The notes under the pieces were generated by a model. It saw only the letters and a list, made by a program, of their open reading frames with translations. It made no database searches and was not told the DNA's origin. A program made the translations under genes and the position numbers. A stretch of DNA of 58,549 nt, the filler included, from Dugesia japonica (Eukaryota), in NCBI GenBank assembly GCA_001938525.1. It is 4 parts of 4 records of this genome, joined end to end, with 100 filler letters (N's around TTAATTAATTAA, not from the genome) between each part and the next. Parts side by side here need not be neighbours in the genome. Positions count along the whole stretch, not along the records: positions 20,185 to 39,708 come from MQRL01609821.1; 3 more parts are not named here. One strand, written 5' to 3'. The stretch's first letter is position 1. Each line of letters starts with the position of its first letter. Positions 27,369-38,132 of this stretch are shown in pieces.

Positions 27369-29706
27369 ATGGTAGTAGAAACATTCGATTGCAGGTATTG
27401 TGGAAAAAACATTAAAAAATTATGGGCTCTTAATACCCATATAAAAAATAAGCATGAGTTAAAAATTCCAACTCCATGTGAGAGGTGTCATGCAATTTTT
27501 AATTCGCCAGCGCATTATGAAAAAAATAAAATGTCATCATTATGTTGGAATCAAAGGGATATAAGTTTGAGATGTGAAATTTGTAAGGCAACATTTTCAA
27601 ATCAAGGTGCAGCAAAAACACATTACGCAAGTAAAAAACATAGAAGGGCATTACCAAATTTAGAATTATCTCAAGAGATCGTAGAACTTATGTCAGTTTT
27701 TGGAATTGATAAATATCGAGATTATAAAATAGAATATTTTAAAAATAGTAAAATCGAGTTTACAAAAGACATTTCTCAAGATGGTGTTACACAAATGATT
27801 TTTTACATAAATGATTTAAAAGAAATAACAATAAGATTTTTTAATTTAAGGGGTCAAATAGTTATTCGACTTTCTGCATTAGGACAATATAGCAAACTTG
27901 CAAATAGTATAGAGGTAAGAAGAGATTTTAGATCTTATGCAAAAAATACAAGAATAATAATGGCATCTCAAATTGTAACTTCTGTGGAAAGTTTAATTAA
28001 TGAAATAGATAGTTATATAACTGATAAGGATAGATGTGAAAGTGGATGGAGTATTGAATTTATAATAAATTTTACATTTACTCTTGAACCTTATCAATCA
28101 TTAGTGACAGCGAGCACATATGTCAAGTTGCCATTTGTTAAATGGGGAGCTGTTAACATTGAAAATAATGATGATAAATGTTTTCTTTATTCAGTTTTGG
28201 CACACAAACATATTTATGCAGATTCAACACGAGTAAGTCATTATTTATCACATATTAATGAATTTAATTTAAAATGTGTTAATTTTCCAGCAAAACTTCA
28301 TGATGTACAATTATTTGAAATATTAAACAATTGGAAAATTAATTTAATAGTGTTGAAAATTATAAATGATAGAAAAATATTACAGCTAATTCATATTTCC
28401 CATTATGATTGCAAATCGAAACAAGAAGAAAATAAATGTAATTTATTACTTTATAAAAACCATCATATTTTATGTAAAAATTTAAATGGTTTTATTTCTG
28501 ATGGAAATAAAAAATATTTATGTTTAAATTGTATGAATGCCTATCAAAGTGAATCATTATTTAATAGACATCAAAGACAATGTATTAATTACAAACCCTA
28601 GGAAATAAAATATGATCCAAAGGAATATTATTCATTTAACGATTATAATTTTATGATAAAAGTTCCATTTGTAGTTTATGCCCATTTTGAGGCTTACACC
28701 AATACGTTAACCAATAAACAAAAACCAATAGCTGTTGGACTTTATATTATTAGTGAACATCCAGAATTAATAAAAACTGATTAAATAAAATTTTTTGGTG
28801 AAAATGTGATAAATGAATTTATAAGATTTTTAAATCTTTTAAATAAAAAAATATATGAGATTCTTGATTTTAGATCAACAACGGAAATTCAACAACAACC
28901 CAGAATTTTAAAAGATGAGTGTTTTACTGAAAAAAAACACTTTGGCGAAATCTAGAAGAAGTTTACAGCTTTTTCAATGGTGAATTTATAGGTCCATCAC
29001 ATGAATTTTGTAATAAGAAATATAAAAATATTATGAAAAATTTCTTTGTACCACTTTATTTTCATAACGCGGGCGGCTATGATAATCATTTATTTTTTAA
29101 AAATTTATGAGAAAAATACCCAACACAAATTAAGGATATAATTCCACACAATGATGAAATATACATATCTTTTATATTTAGGAAAATTAGATTTTTAGAT
29201 TCATGCAAACTATGCCCAATGATATCAATTGAAGCACAGATTCTCTCTTTGTCGAAATCAGGGACCAAGAAAATTTGGACAAGTTGAAAACGCTATTAGG
29301 AAATGACCACTTTCAAATGAAAGATGAAATGCCTAATAGTATAATTATACAATGTAATTTTATAAGGTCAAAATGTTATGGAGTTTTATTTGTGACAGAA
29401 GATGGAAAGATAAAATTTAATCCAACACATAAAGGTTCAGCTAAAACCAACAATATGAAAATGAAAGAGTATGATAAAATTTTAAATGATCCAAATGTAA
29501 CAGTTTATGGAACGAATCATAGTATAAAATCAGAGGCTCATGAACTAGAAGTAGTTTCTCAAGATAAAATAGTAATGACCGCTTATGATGATAAAGTTTT
29601 AATTGAAATTAATGGAATTATAACATGACCACACGGTAATCAATTTTGGTGTGAAATTTGTCAAATGTGGCATTTTAGATTAGAACTTTTAAATGGAATT
29701 TTATAA
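27369..29706 (+). pseudogene. Protein-primed family B DNA polymerase (pPolB) with N-terminal zinc fingers; stops, frameshifts and a large internal deletion
   Basis: ZnFs CRYC..H..H and CEIC..HYASKKH; SGWS..YVKLP..AVNIENNDDKCFLYSVLA; after the TAG at 28599, VPFVVYAHFE (ExoI), FNGEFIGPSHEFCN (EndoVII-like remnant), FHNAGGYDNH (ExoII) and FLDS; then directly TDSLF (motif C remnant, 29236), KDE..IRSKCY..HKG and AYDDK..GIIT*PHG. Confidence 0.92.
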
Positions 29707-29709
29707 TGT

Positions 29710-30056
29710 TTAAACTTTTAGGTTTTTAATTAAATTTTCATAATTTGGATTTTCACTTTTGGATTTTAAAATTATTTCTTGAACTTCACGAATCATGGTT
29801 TTACTTGTAGAAATTTCTTCATCTGTTAAAATATTATCATTCAAGGCCTTTTGTTGAAATAGAAAAAGTTTACTTATTTACTCCATTTACTAAAAAATTT
29901 TCGATAGTGTTTTATTTTATCATTTATAAAATATAAGTCATTTTCAAAATCTTTAATTCTTAGATATGACAATTTACTTTTTAGGTCTTCAAGTGTATAA
30001 TTATTAATTTCATGTTGATAATTTTTTAAATCAGGATATAAGGATTCTTCTGCCAT
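29710..30056 (-). pseudogene. Conserved Polinton hypothetical protein (LYPxL...KALxDxxLTxEE type), apparently with a central deletion
   Basis: MAEESLYPDL...RIKDFE...KIKHYRKFFSKWSK* followed in another frame by ISKLFLFQQKALNDNILTDEEI...LKV*. Confidence 0.55.
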
Positions 30057-30074
30057 TTTTACAAGGGAAAATTT

Positions 30075-31189
30075 TTATAATTCATTTAATATTTTTTCCC
30101 TTTCATCCTTACAAAAATTAGGAACACTAATAAGGTTATTAATATAAATATTTGCTGGCAAAATTAAATGAAATTTTTTTAAGTATACACTTGTCATTAT
30201 ATCATCTTTTTCCAGATAACTAGTATAATTATTTCCCCCCTTTAAATTTATAGTGTTTATTTCCAATTTAAATTTTCCTTGTTTTTCAAACGCAAAATTT
30301 ACAATCTCACCAGAACCAGTAAAATTAATAATAATACTAAATTTATGTATTTTTGTATATCCGCCAAGAAAAACACATAATGGGCCAACGTCTGATTTAG
30401 GTTTAAAATAAAGTTTAAAAGGACTCGTAAGAAAAAAAAATAGTTTTTCATTAAGATATTCCCAACGACCACTTATTATTACTTTTTATAAGATTACATA
30501 TTCTGGGACGGTGGAATAATATGGAAATCTATTATTATTTTTATGGATAAAAAACATTCTAAAAATCACAAACGCGCTAAAACTATTTTTAAAAAAATCT
30601 GTTCTTCGAATATCCATCCACGGTAAATAATTATCAATTGATTCTTTTATTTTTTCTATTAGCCTAGGAGATTTGGTTGTTTTATATATTTCTAAATCTT
30701 CATTAATTTTTTTTATATATTCTGGGTTAAGAAGATTTTTTATTTTATTAAATTCCGCCAGCAAAGGAAATATAGGATCATTTTTTTCAAAATAGAAAAT
30801 TGGTTTTTTAAAAGATCAACTTCTTCTCTTTTTATAACCTGTTTTTTAAAATTTTCGGCATCATCTTTTATTTCGGAAATAAACTTCTAAACAAATTTTT
30901 TGAGAAATTTATAATTTATTGGATCAAGTTCATCTTCAGGTTCATTACGAATTTTTAAAGTGTTAAATTTATTTTCGTGGGTTTTAAATTTATTTTCGAG
31001 GAATTTTAAATTTACTGCATCAAGTTCGTGTTTAGGGGCATCAAAAATTTTTAAGGATTTAATACTATCACCAGATTCATTTACAAATCTTTTTTCATTA
31101 CTTGCATCTTGTATTCTTAGTTTACCAGAAATATGATTTATGATTTCTTTATCATTCATCGTTTGTAAGCTTTCTCCAAATATGTTCAT
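30075..31189 (-). pseudogene. Putative fibre/spike-like protein, probably one gene broken into ORFs 30887-31189, 30486-30764 and 30075-30266
   Basis: MNIFG start, FVNESGD, and two P..ELD(A/P)(V/I)N.KFL repeats resembling the P...DAxNxxY stalk repeats of trimeric fibres; same strand and contiguous. Confidence 0.45.
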
Positions 31190-31586
31190 TTATTTCAGAA
31201 ATAATATCATCAAAAGATTTTTTGGGAAAGCTATATAAAAAATAAATACAAAGTACTCCACAAATTCTTGTTTCAAAAGGTTGAACTTGAATTTCATTAA
31301 ATTTTTCAACATGCTTCTCAAGATCTTCATGAAAAGGTTTTAAACCAAAAGAGTCAAAATAGTATTTATTCTTCAGGGCAACCCAATGAGTTCCATTTTG
31401 ATTTGTATTTTGATAATTAAAAATATAATTCATATTATTTTTAAATTTATCTGGCAACTCATTTTTCATGTAAATTTCCAATGGTATTTTTAAAAAGTTT
31501 GCAATTGAATAAATATCGAAATTTGTAGTTGTTGTAATTCTAAATGTTTTTATAAAATCTAAAATCCCTATTTTAACATTGGACAT
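31152..31586 (-). CDS. Adenain-like cysteine maturation protease, intact ORF, 144 aa
   Basis: GTHWVAL (His), YFDSFGLKP (Asp), QVQPFETRICGVLCIYFL (oxyanion Gln and catalytic Cys). Confidence 0.92.
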   Translation of the reverse strand: MSNVKIGILDFIKTFRITTTTNFDIYSIANFLKIPLEIYMKNELPDKFKNNMNYIFNYQNTNQNGTHWVALKNKYYFDSFGLKPFHEDLEKHVEKFNEIQVQPFETRICGVLCIYFLYSFPKKSFDDIISEINEHIWRKLTNDE

Positions 31587-32258
31587 TTTCTTAAATGAAT
31601 TAATAATGACATTGTTTTAATAATGAATAGGTTTTAAATTTTCATCCACAACTTCAAATCTTAACTCATCAACATAACCAATAGATATTTTTGAGTAAAT
31701 AGGTTAAGATGGTCTTTCAATAATTTTAAATCCAAACCTTACACTAATTATTGGAAATGAATATAAAAAATAAGTTGGTTTATTATTTTTATAATTTTCC
31801 TTGATTAAATTAGAAGTAATGTTGATCATGTTTATATTATTACTAATGTTAACTTTCTCTTCGGAAAAATATTTTGTTCCAGGAATATACTCTTTCACCC
31901 CAAAACCTAAAAGTTTAAAAAAGAAAGATTTTTCATCAAAATTTAAAGTCTTATTTAAACCAGGCTTAGGAATAATTATTTCAAGCATAAATCTGGCGGT
32001 TGAGAGATCTGGAGTTATAATTATTCCTAGGTCGGTTAATTTCTCTGAAATTTGTTTAACCTCATAGGCTCCAGGATGAATTTTTTTATTTACACCTCCA
32101 AAAGTAAAATTACAATTTTCTTTTTGTATATTAAAAATAATATTATAGCAAGAAAAGTAAATTAAACCAAGTTCGTATTCTCCTGTTAATTCTAACGGAG
32201 GTTTTAAATTAATTTCTAAATTTGGACCTTTACCAGTAACTAAAAATTGATGAGACAT
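31587..32258 (-). pseudogene. Minor capsid (penton-like, single jelly-roll) protein with premature stops
   Basis: PPLELTGEYELGL..FSCYNIIFNI, PGAYEVKQI, INITSNLIKENY..LYSF..GFKIIERP*PIY..LRFEVVDENLKPI is the typical Polinton penton pattern. Confidence 0.85.
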
Positions 32259-33155
32259 TTATTTAAAATATTTTTTTTGATAGTCTTTATATTTTTCTTT
32301 TGTAATTAATTTCTTCGCTCTAATTTTTCACAGAGTGATTTAATTTCTTGGCTGGTATTTTAATACCCGGATTTCTTAGCTGAAATTAAAACTATTAATT
32401 TTTCAAATAAATCTATTTCTGCGCCTTGTCCTTGTTGTTGTAGCGGTTTTAATATTGGTATTTTTTTATATGAGGGCTTTTTTTAGGTGATGATCGTACT
32501 GATTTTGGTTTTACTTTTTTTTCAACATTTTATAATAATTACCATTCTTTGGATGTTTAATATTTAATTTGTTTAAATATATATTTGCATCTTCTGATTT
32601 AATAATATCAGTTTCTTTCCCTCCTAAAATTAATGTCATTACATTATTTGAATAGGGAATAAGTTTATCTGGAGATATATAAAAATATGGAATTGTATCC
32701 TTTTCAACTAAATATATTTTTTTATCATTAATTTTAATGGTTGGATACCTTTTTTCATTAATATTTTCATAAATAATTTCTGGTGTTGTTGGTGTTAAAT
32801 TATCATTATTAATTATAATTTTATCATCATTTATTGTGAATGGGAGTTTATCTTTAAATTCATCTTCTAATTTTGGTTCTAATTTTTTATCTAATATTGG
32901 TTGTACTGGTTGTTGTAATTTTATTTCTTGTGTTGGCGATTTTATTTCTTGTTTTGGTAATCCTGGTGTTAGTGGTTGTAATTGTTGTTGTACTGTTTGT
33001 TGTAATGTTGAAATTAATGGTTGTTGTTGAAAAGTAAATGATGATTGTAAATTTTTAGATTGAAGAACTTTACTGGTGAAATATTCATTATATTTTTCTT
33101 CAGCTGCAATTATTTCTTTTAATTCTTTGATTCTTCTTTCGATGTCGCTAGTCAT
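32259..33155 (-). pseudogene. Conserved Polinton virion/core-like protein (Q/P-rich; C-terminal L..L.....G...EI..L...L motif), frameshifted
   Basis: ORF 32511-33155 continues through frameshifts as QQQGQGAEIDLFEKLIVLISAKKSGY*NTSQEIKSLCEKL..KKLITKEKYKDYQKKYFK*, ending at a TAA adjacent to the penton ATG. Confidence 0.6.
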
Positions 33156-33159
33156 TTTA

Positions 33160-33598
33160 ATAAGGATTTAAATATATTCCTGTTCCATCATAAGGTCTTA
33201 AGAATATTCCCCCATCTTTTTTTTTTAATTCTTTCGATGGTTTTAAATTTTGATTTTTTAAATATTTATAAATTGCTTCACCCTGTTTTTCATTTATCTT
33301 TCTACTTCAACTTCTTTATTTAATTGATCAATTTCAAGTTGTGTTTTATGCGCCTCCCGGGAACTTGCACTGTGGATGCGATTCAACTAGCAATCCCGGC
33401 AGCACTCGCAGCTCCAGCAAGGATTCCTGGTATGGCGGCTAAGAAAAAAAAGCCACCTTGTTTTTTTTGATGTTTTTTAATTTTTTCTTTTGCTTTTTTA
33501 CCAATCCAATAATTTTTACCATCAATTTTAATAGATCTACTAAGATTTGAATTTACTAACTTAATTAATTCTTCTTCTTTTATATTTGCTTCGGGCAT
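33160..33598 (-). pseudogene. Adenovirus pX(mu)-like basic plus hydrophobic peptide precursor
   Basis: KKAKEKIKKHQKKQGG|FFFLAAIPGILAGAASAAGIAS resembles the adenovirus pX C-terminal GG|xLPxLIPxIAAAIGAxPGIAS; interrupted by TGA at 33383-33385. The 3' end is approximate. Confidence 0.65.
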
Positions 33599-33629
33599 TT
33601 TATTTAGCAAAAAGATCGGTTGTCACTTC

Positions 33630-34356
33630 ATTTGTTAAATGGTTTAAATAAAAATATGTATAGGATTCTTTCCAATGAAAATTTACTTCATAGTCATAAA
33701 CATCTTTTTCAGTAATATTTGAAAATTAATCACTATAAACACTGTCACGATCTTTTTTATTTAATCGAAAAAATATAAAACAATTTGTGTTATTTCTTAT
33801 TGAATTTTTATCAAGGTGAAAATATGTTTGTGAAATGTAAATTACATTACAATTTGAATGTCTTCCTCGAGTGAAATAACTTTTTTGAATTTCTTGATTC
33901 CTTTCATTTACAATATCATCAAAAATTACAAGATTTTTTTTTATTCTTTTTTAAACGATCACAAGGAATAATATCATTTGATTTATTACTTAGGATTATT
34001 TCTATTAACTGTAGTCTTTTTGTTACAAATTTCTTTTCAATGAAAAAATTTATAACTTCTATTGGTCTAGTACATGAATCTGGAACAATCGCTTGTTTCT
34101 CAAACATTAATATTATTTCTTGTTTTGTTAAACTATTTAAAAATCCATGATATAATAATTGTACTTCAAATTGAAAAATTGTAGTTGAGTAAAATATTAA
34201 ATTATTATTATCAAGAAAACCTGGGGTAAGTAACATTTAACTCAAGAGAACATTTTTCACACAACCAGAAGACATAATTATCAACAATCGAAAATTACTA
34301 GGAAAAAGTTAATTATTAAAAATTGTCTTATCTTTCTTCCAAACTAAATTACTCAT
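33630..34356 (-). pseudogene. A32-like (FtsK/HerA superfamily) DNA packaging ATPase
   Basis: ATG at 34356; LFPSNFRLLIIMSSGCVK (degenerate Walker A), NLVIFDD (Walker B), YFTRGRHSNCNVIYISQTYF, IRNN. Confidence 0.9.
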
Positions 34357-34362
34357 CCTTTT

Positions 34363-35614
34363 TTATAAAGAAGTTTTTTGTAACTCGTTCTCATAAAATC
34401 TTCCAAGAATTTTTTCATTATCGGTTGGATCGGGACTTTGATAAGTTGGTGGAATTGTTAGATAAATTTTTGTAACAATGTAAGTTTCTACAGACCATTT
34501 AAATTTATATTTTTTTTCAAATGTATTTTTTTTAATGAAAAGTATTTTTTTTAATTATAAATATTTTAACTTTATCTCCTATTTTAAATTTAGGTTTAAA
34601 GTTTTTAGGTCTCATATCTTTGGGTTCCTCATTAAAAACTTTGCCAGTTTCATACGCGAGTTTTGGAGTTGTTCTAATTGAAGAATGAATTGTGTTGTTG
34701 TAATCATCTACTATTTTTTATAGGAGGTCATTTGTGATTTCTTGATTCCCAACGGTAGTAAAATGTTTAAAAAGTTTGTTTTTAAATGTACGATTAAATC
34801 TTTCAATGACAACTGCCTTTCCTTGATTATAAGTAGAGTACATGTTGATACTTTTTTTTACACCAATCGGAAAATGTTGAATTGTAAAATTCCTTTCCAT
34901 TATCAACACAAAGATTATTTGGAGCTCGAATATTATCATTTAGAATTTTNTCAAATGCTTCAGTAATCACCGCGGCGGTTTTATTATCGCAAAGTTTTAC
35001 AAAGGCAAATCTTGTTTAAAGATCAATCACAGTTAGCATTACTTGCTTATTATGAAATGTTAAATCTGCTGACCAAGTTTCATCGGGTTCACTTACTGTT
35101 ACTTTTAATAATTGTTTTGGTTTTCTATAATTATGATGAAGCTCATCTGCCAGTTCTCCTCCTAAACTTTGGCCGATCATTATTTTACCCTTCATTGCTG
35201 TTTTTACAAGAAAGCCTTGAAATTTTTCTTCTGCTGTTGGATTTTCAATATTATTAATATCCTCTATTAAATGCACATCGGCTACGTGTCGATCTGTCAT
35301 ATCTTCTGAATTATAAACAATATCATGTTTCAGTGCCGCTGCATCAATTCGATTAATTGGTTCTTCTCCTGGTAATGGATTATTATTTTCATCAAGTCTA
35401 ATATCTAATCTAGTTCCTGAACCTGTGTAATTATGATGGAATAAATGTCGCTCGCCCGGATGTTTTTCCCAAGTAAATGGTTTTAAAACATTGCTAACAA
35501 GACTTGGTGATTGAAGATGTCCCCCGCCCTTACAAAGTTTCATGTGTCTGGCTTTATTTTTTTTAAGAGGGTTCTATGACATTTTTCAGATGTAAATTTT
35601 ATCGATTTAGTCAT
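34363..35614 (-). pseudogene. Fusion protein: small C2HC zinc finger, parvovirus VP1u-type phospholipase A2, retroviral-type (DDE) integrase
   Basis: PLA2 motifs HNYTGSGT, INRIDAAALKHDIVY and RHVAD run in one frame (35016-35543) into integrase ELADELHH..DETWSADL..LTVIDL*TRFAF..VDNGKEFYN, then after a frameshift IERFNRT..YNNTIHSSI..KFKIGDKV..FYENELQ. Confidence 0.9.
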
Positions 35615-35615
35615 T

Positions 35616-36852
35616 TTATCTATTTGAAAATTCAACACCTTTAACATTTTCAATCATTGCAATTTTATTATTAGCAAGTTTCATTTCAATGTGTTTTTCT
35701 TCAAGAATATACCAGTAAAGACTTCCGGTAAAATCTGGATCCTTTGTAATGTGAAGTGTAACATCAACATTATTTATATTTAATCTATCATCTTGAGCTG
35801 ATCAAAACAGAAAATTGGATAATCATCACCAAATTCTTGAAGAGATAATTGTGGTTCTGTGAAAAAGTCTTGACAACATTTTAAATAATTTAAATAGGGA
35901 GAAATCATTTCATTATTTTCCATATTAAATTTACATTCATTGATTAGATAGTAATTATTATTTAATTGAATTTGCACGCTTTTTAAATAATAATTTACAG
36001 TTGTATCTTTTGTATCAACTTTTGTGGTTTTTGTTTTTTTTTGAATAAATAAATTATTATTATTAAAAGAAATAGTTTCATTTTTTATAGCTATAAAAAT
36101 ATATCTTGGTTTGTACGCAAGCATACTTAATTTTAAAGAAGCATAATTTCCAGTGTTTAATATCGCCTTTCCTGTTATTCTATTTAAAAATCCAACTTTA
36201 ATTGGTTTATCTGTTGAAATTCTTTTGAAAAGCATTAATTCTATTTTAGGCGCTAATCTACATTCTGGAATGTGAAGCTCGAGAGTTAGCAATTTTAAAT
36301 TTGGTGTGCCCTCTCCTTTAAATAAAAGTTTATTATTAATTTGTCGATAGCAATTAAATTCAATCATTGTGTTATAAAGTACTCGGTTAAAATTTTTCAT
36401 GAATCCAAATAAATTTCTCAATGGAAAAGAACCTTCAAATTTTTTAGATGCATAAAATTTCTTTCTTCTATCTTCTTCAAGAATCCATCCTGATAATTCT
36501 CCATATATTTCTCTATGAGTAAAATTTTTTGTAGTAAAATTTAACATGGTTGATATTGTACCAGGATCGTTAATAGTTTCTACATCGGATGCTCCAAGTT
36601 TTAATCTCATAAATTTAAATAAAGATGGGAAAAAATTATTTTCTAGTATTGCAGTTTTTCCTTCAGTATATTCTAATTCTATTCTAAAGTATAACATCGC
36701 ATTACAAATATCTAATGAATTAGTTGATTGTAAAGATTGAAAAGTTATCTCCCCATCTTTATTAAATTTGGAATTGTACTAGATGATGGTGAAATTTTTA
36801 AAATGTCATTTTTTAACATTTCATTATTATCGAGATTTATTTTTCCATCCAT
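35616..36852 (-). pseudogene. Major capsid protein (double jelly-roll, hexon-like), frameshifted near both ends
   Basis: LENNFFPSLFKFMRLKLGASDVETINDPGTISTM, FPLRNLFGF..FNRVL, KPRYIFIA, QIQLNNNYY and YPIFCFD follow the Polinton MCP pattern; ATG 36852, stop 35616. Confidence 0.88.
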
Positions 36853-36949
36853 TTTCTTTAATAATTTTTTAACATATTTATAACATTTGCGGCTTTTACC
36901 GTAGGCTGGCTCGTGGGGTGGCTCGTTGTAACATCTCCCCATTTGATTT

Positions 36950-37225
36950 TCATATTATTATAGATAGAAAAAACATCATCATCATCATAATTTTTCGCAG
37001 GGCTTTTCGCGGGCTCATAAATTTTCTTGGGGTCATTAATTTCAAATCTCTATTAAATACATAAATCGTCCATTTTTTTTTTCTATATAATTTTGTTGTT
37101 TGTATTCTTTTATTATATGGAATATTAAACCTATTTAAATATGCTCTTATAGTTTTTTCACTTAATGTGTGAAATTTACAAAAATCTTTTACTGAATTAT
37201 TTAGAAAATCATAATTCCTTAACAT
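36950..37225 (-). CDS. Small putative HTH DNA-binding protein (Polinton accessory)
   Basis: SVKDFCKFHTLSEKTIRAYLNRFNIP has helix-turn-helix spacing; the C-terminus is probably frameshifted. Confidence 0.45.
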   Translation of the reverse strand: MLRNYDFLNNSVKDFCKFHTLSEKTIRAYLNRFNIPYNKRIQTTKLYRKKKWTIYVFNRDLKLMTPRKFMSPRKALRKIMMMMMFFLSIII

Positions 37226-37250
37226 TTTTTAAAAAAACATCAGGCATTTT

Positions 37251-37772
37251 TTAATGTATTCTTTTTACTTTAGCACTTTCTATACTTTTAATTTCTTTTG
37301 GTATTTTTAAATTTACATATTTATTAGTAGCTTCAGATTCTTTTATTTTTTTCATCGCGGCGTTACAAAGCATTTTAACATCAGCTGATTTTACATATGA
37401 TCTACCATTTTCATTTAATTTTGGTTTATATCTAACATTAAAAACATCATCATAGTCTATCTTACTTGGTTTTGTTTCTTCTTTTAATTTATTAAGCGCA
37501 ATGTTATGCTCATCTCGTTCTTTTTGTAAAATATTTTTTAATTCTTCTACTATTTTTAATAAATATTCTTTTTGTCCATTAATTAAATTAAGTGCGAGAC
37601 CTTTACAATATAAAGAAAATATAAAGGTTAATACTCCTTTAAATAATTTAAGATTTTCTTCTTCTAAATTCATTTCATCTACTTCTTTAAAAATTTGATT
37701 AAGATATAATAATTTTTCTTTTGCTGCTTCCGCTATAACATCACATTTTATATATCCTTCAATTTCACCCAA
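37251..37772 (-). CDS. Hypothetical coiled-coil protein (Polinton accessory)
   Basis: 173-aa open frame, helical and E/K/L-rich; start uncertain. Confidence 0.5.
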   Translation of the reverse strand: MGEIEGYIKCDVIAEAAKEKLLYLNQIFKEVDEMNLEEENLKLFKGVLTFIFSLYCKGLALNLINGQKEYLLKIVEELKNILQKERDEHNIALNKLKEETKPSKIDYDDVFNVRYKPKLNENGRSYVKSADVKMLCNAAMKKIKESEATNKYVNLKIPKEIKSIESAKVKRIH

Positions 37773-37860
37773 CCCGCCATCCTCATCAACACAGATTTTT
37801 TATTATATTAAAAACTGCGCGTAGACCTAGCTGCCCCTGTTCTTTTTTCGCTACCATTTT

Positions 37861-38118
37861 CTAAAGAAATAATTCAGCAATAAAATATTTTTCATTGTTG
37901 GGTAGAAAACCTGGTTTTAGTTTAGTTTTTTTCCAATACATTGAAAATATGAAAACTATTAGCGTAATGAAGTTTGGCTGAATTTGATTTTTAAATTTAA
38001 TATCACAAGCAGAACAATATAAATCTACATCTTCAGGTTTTGCACATTTGGATGCGATGTCATGACGAGCCAATTCCCATTTGTTTGAAAATGCGCGATT
38101 ACATTTTTTACATTCCAT
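37861..38118 (-). pseudogene. Zinc-finger protein (Polinton accessory), frameshifted
   Basis: CKKC..F....LARH....C, then CSACDIKFKNQ continuing in the shifted frame as SAKLHYANSFH. Confidence 0.65.
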
Positions 38119-38132
38119 TTTATAAATGATTT

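Noticed and set aside
32836-33030. Cys-rich 64-aa ORF resembling a metallothionein
   Set aside because: It is the antisense shadow of CAA/ACA-rich codons in the Q-rich - strand gene.
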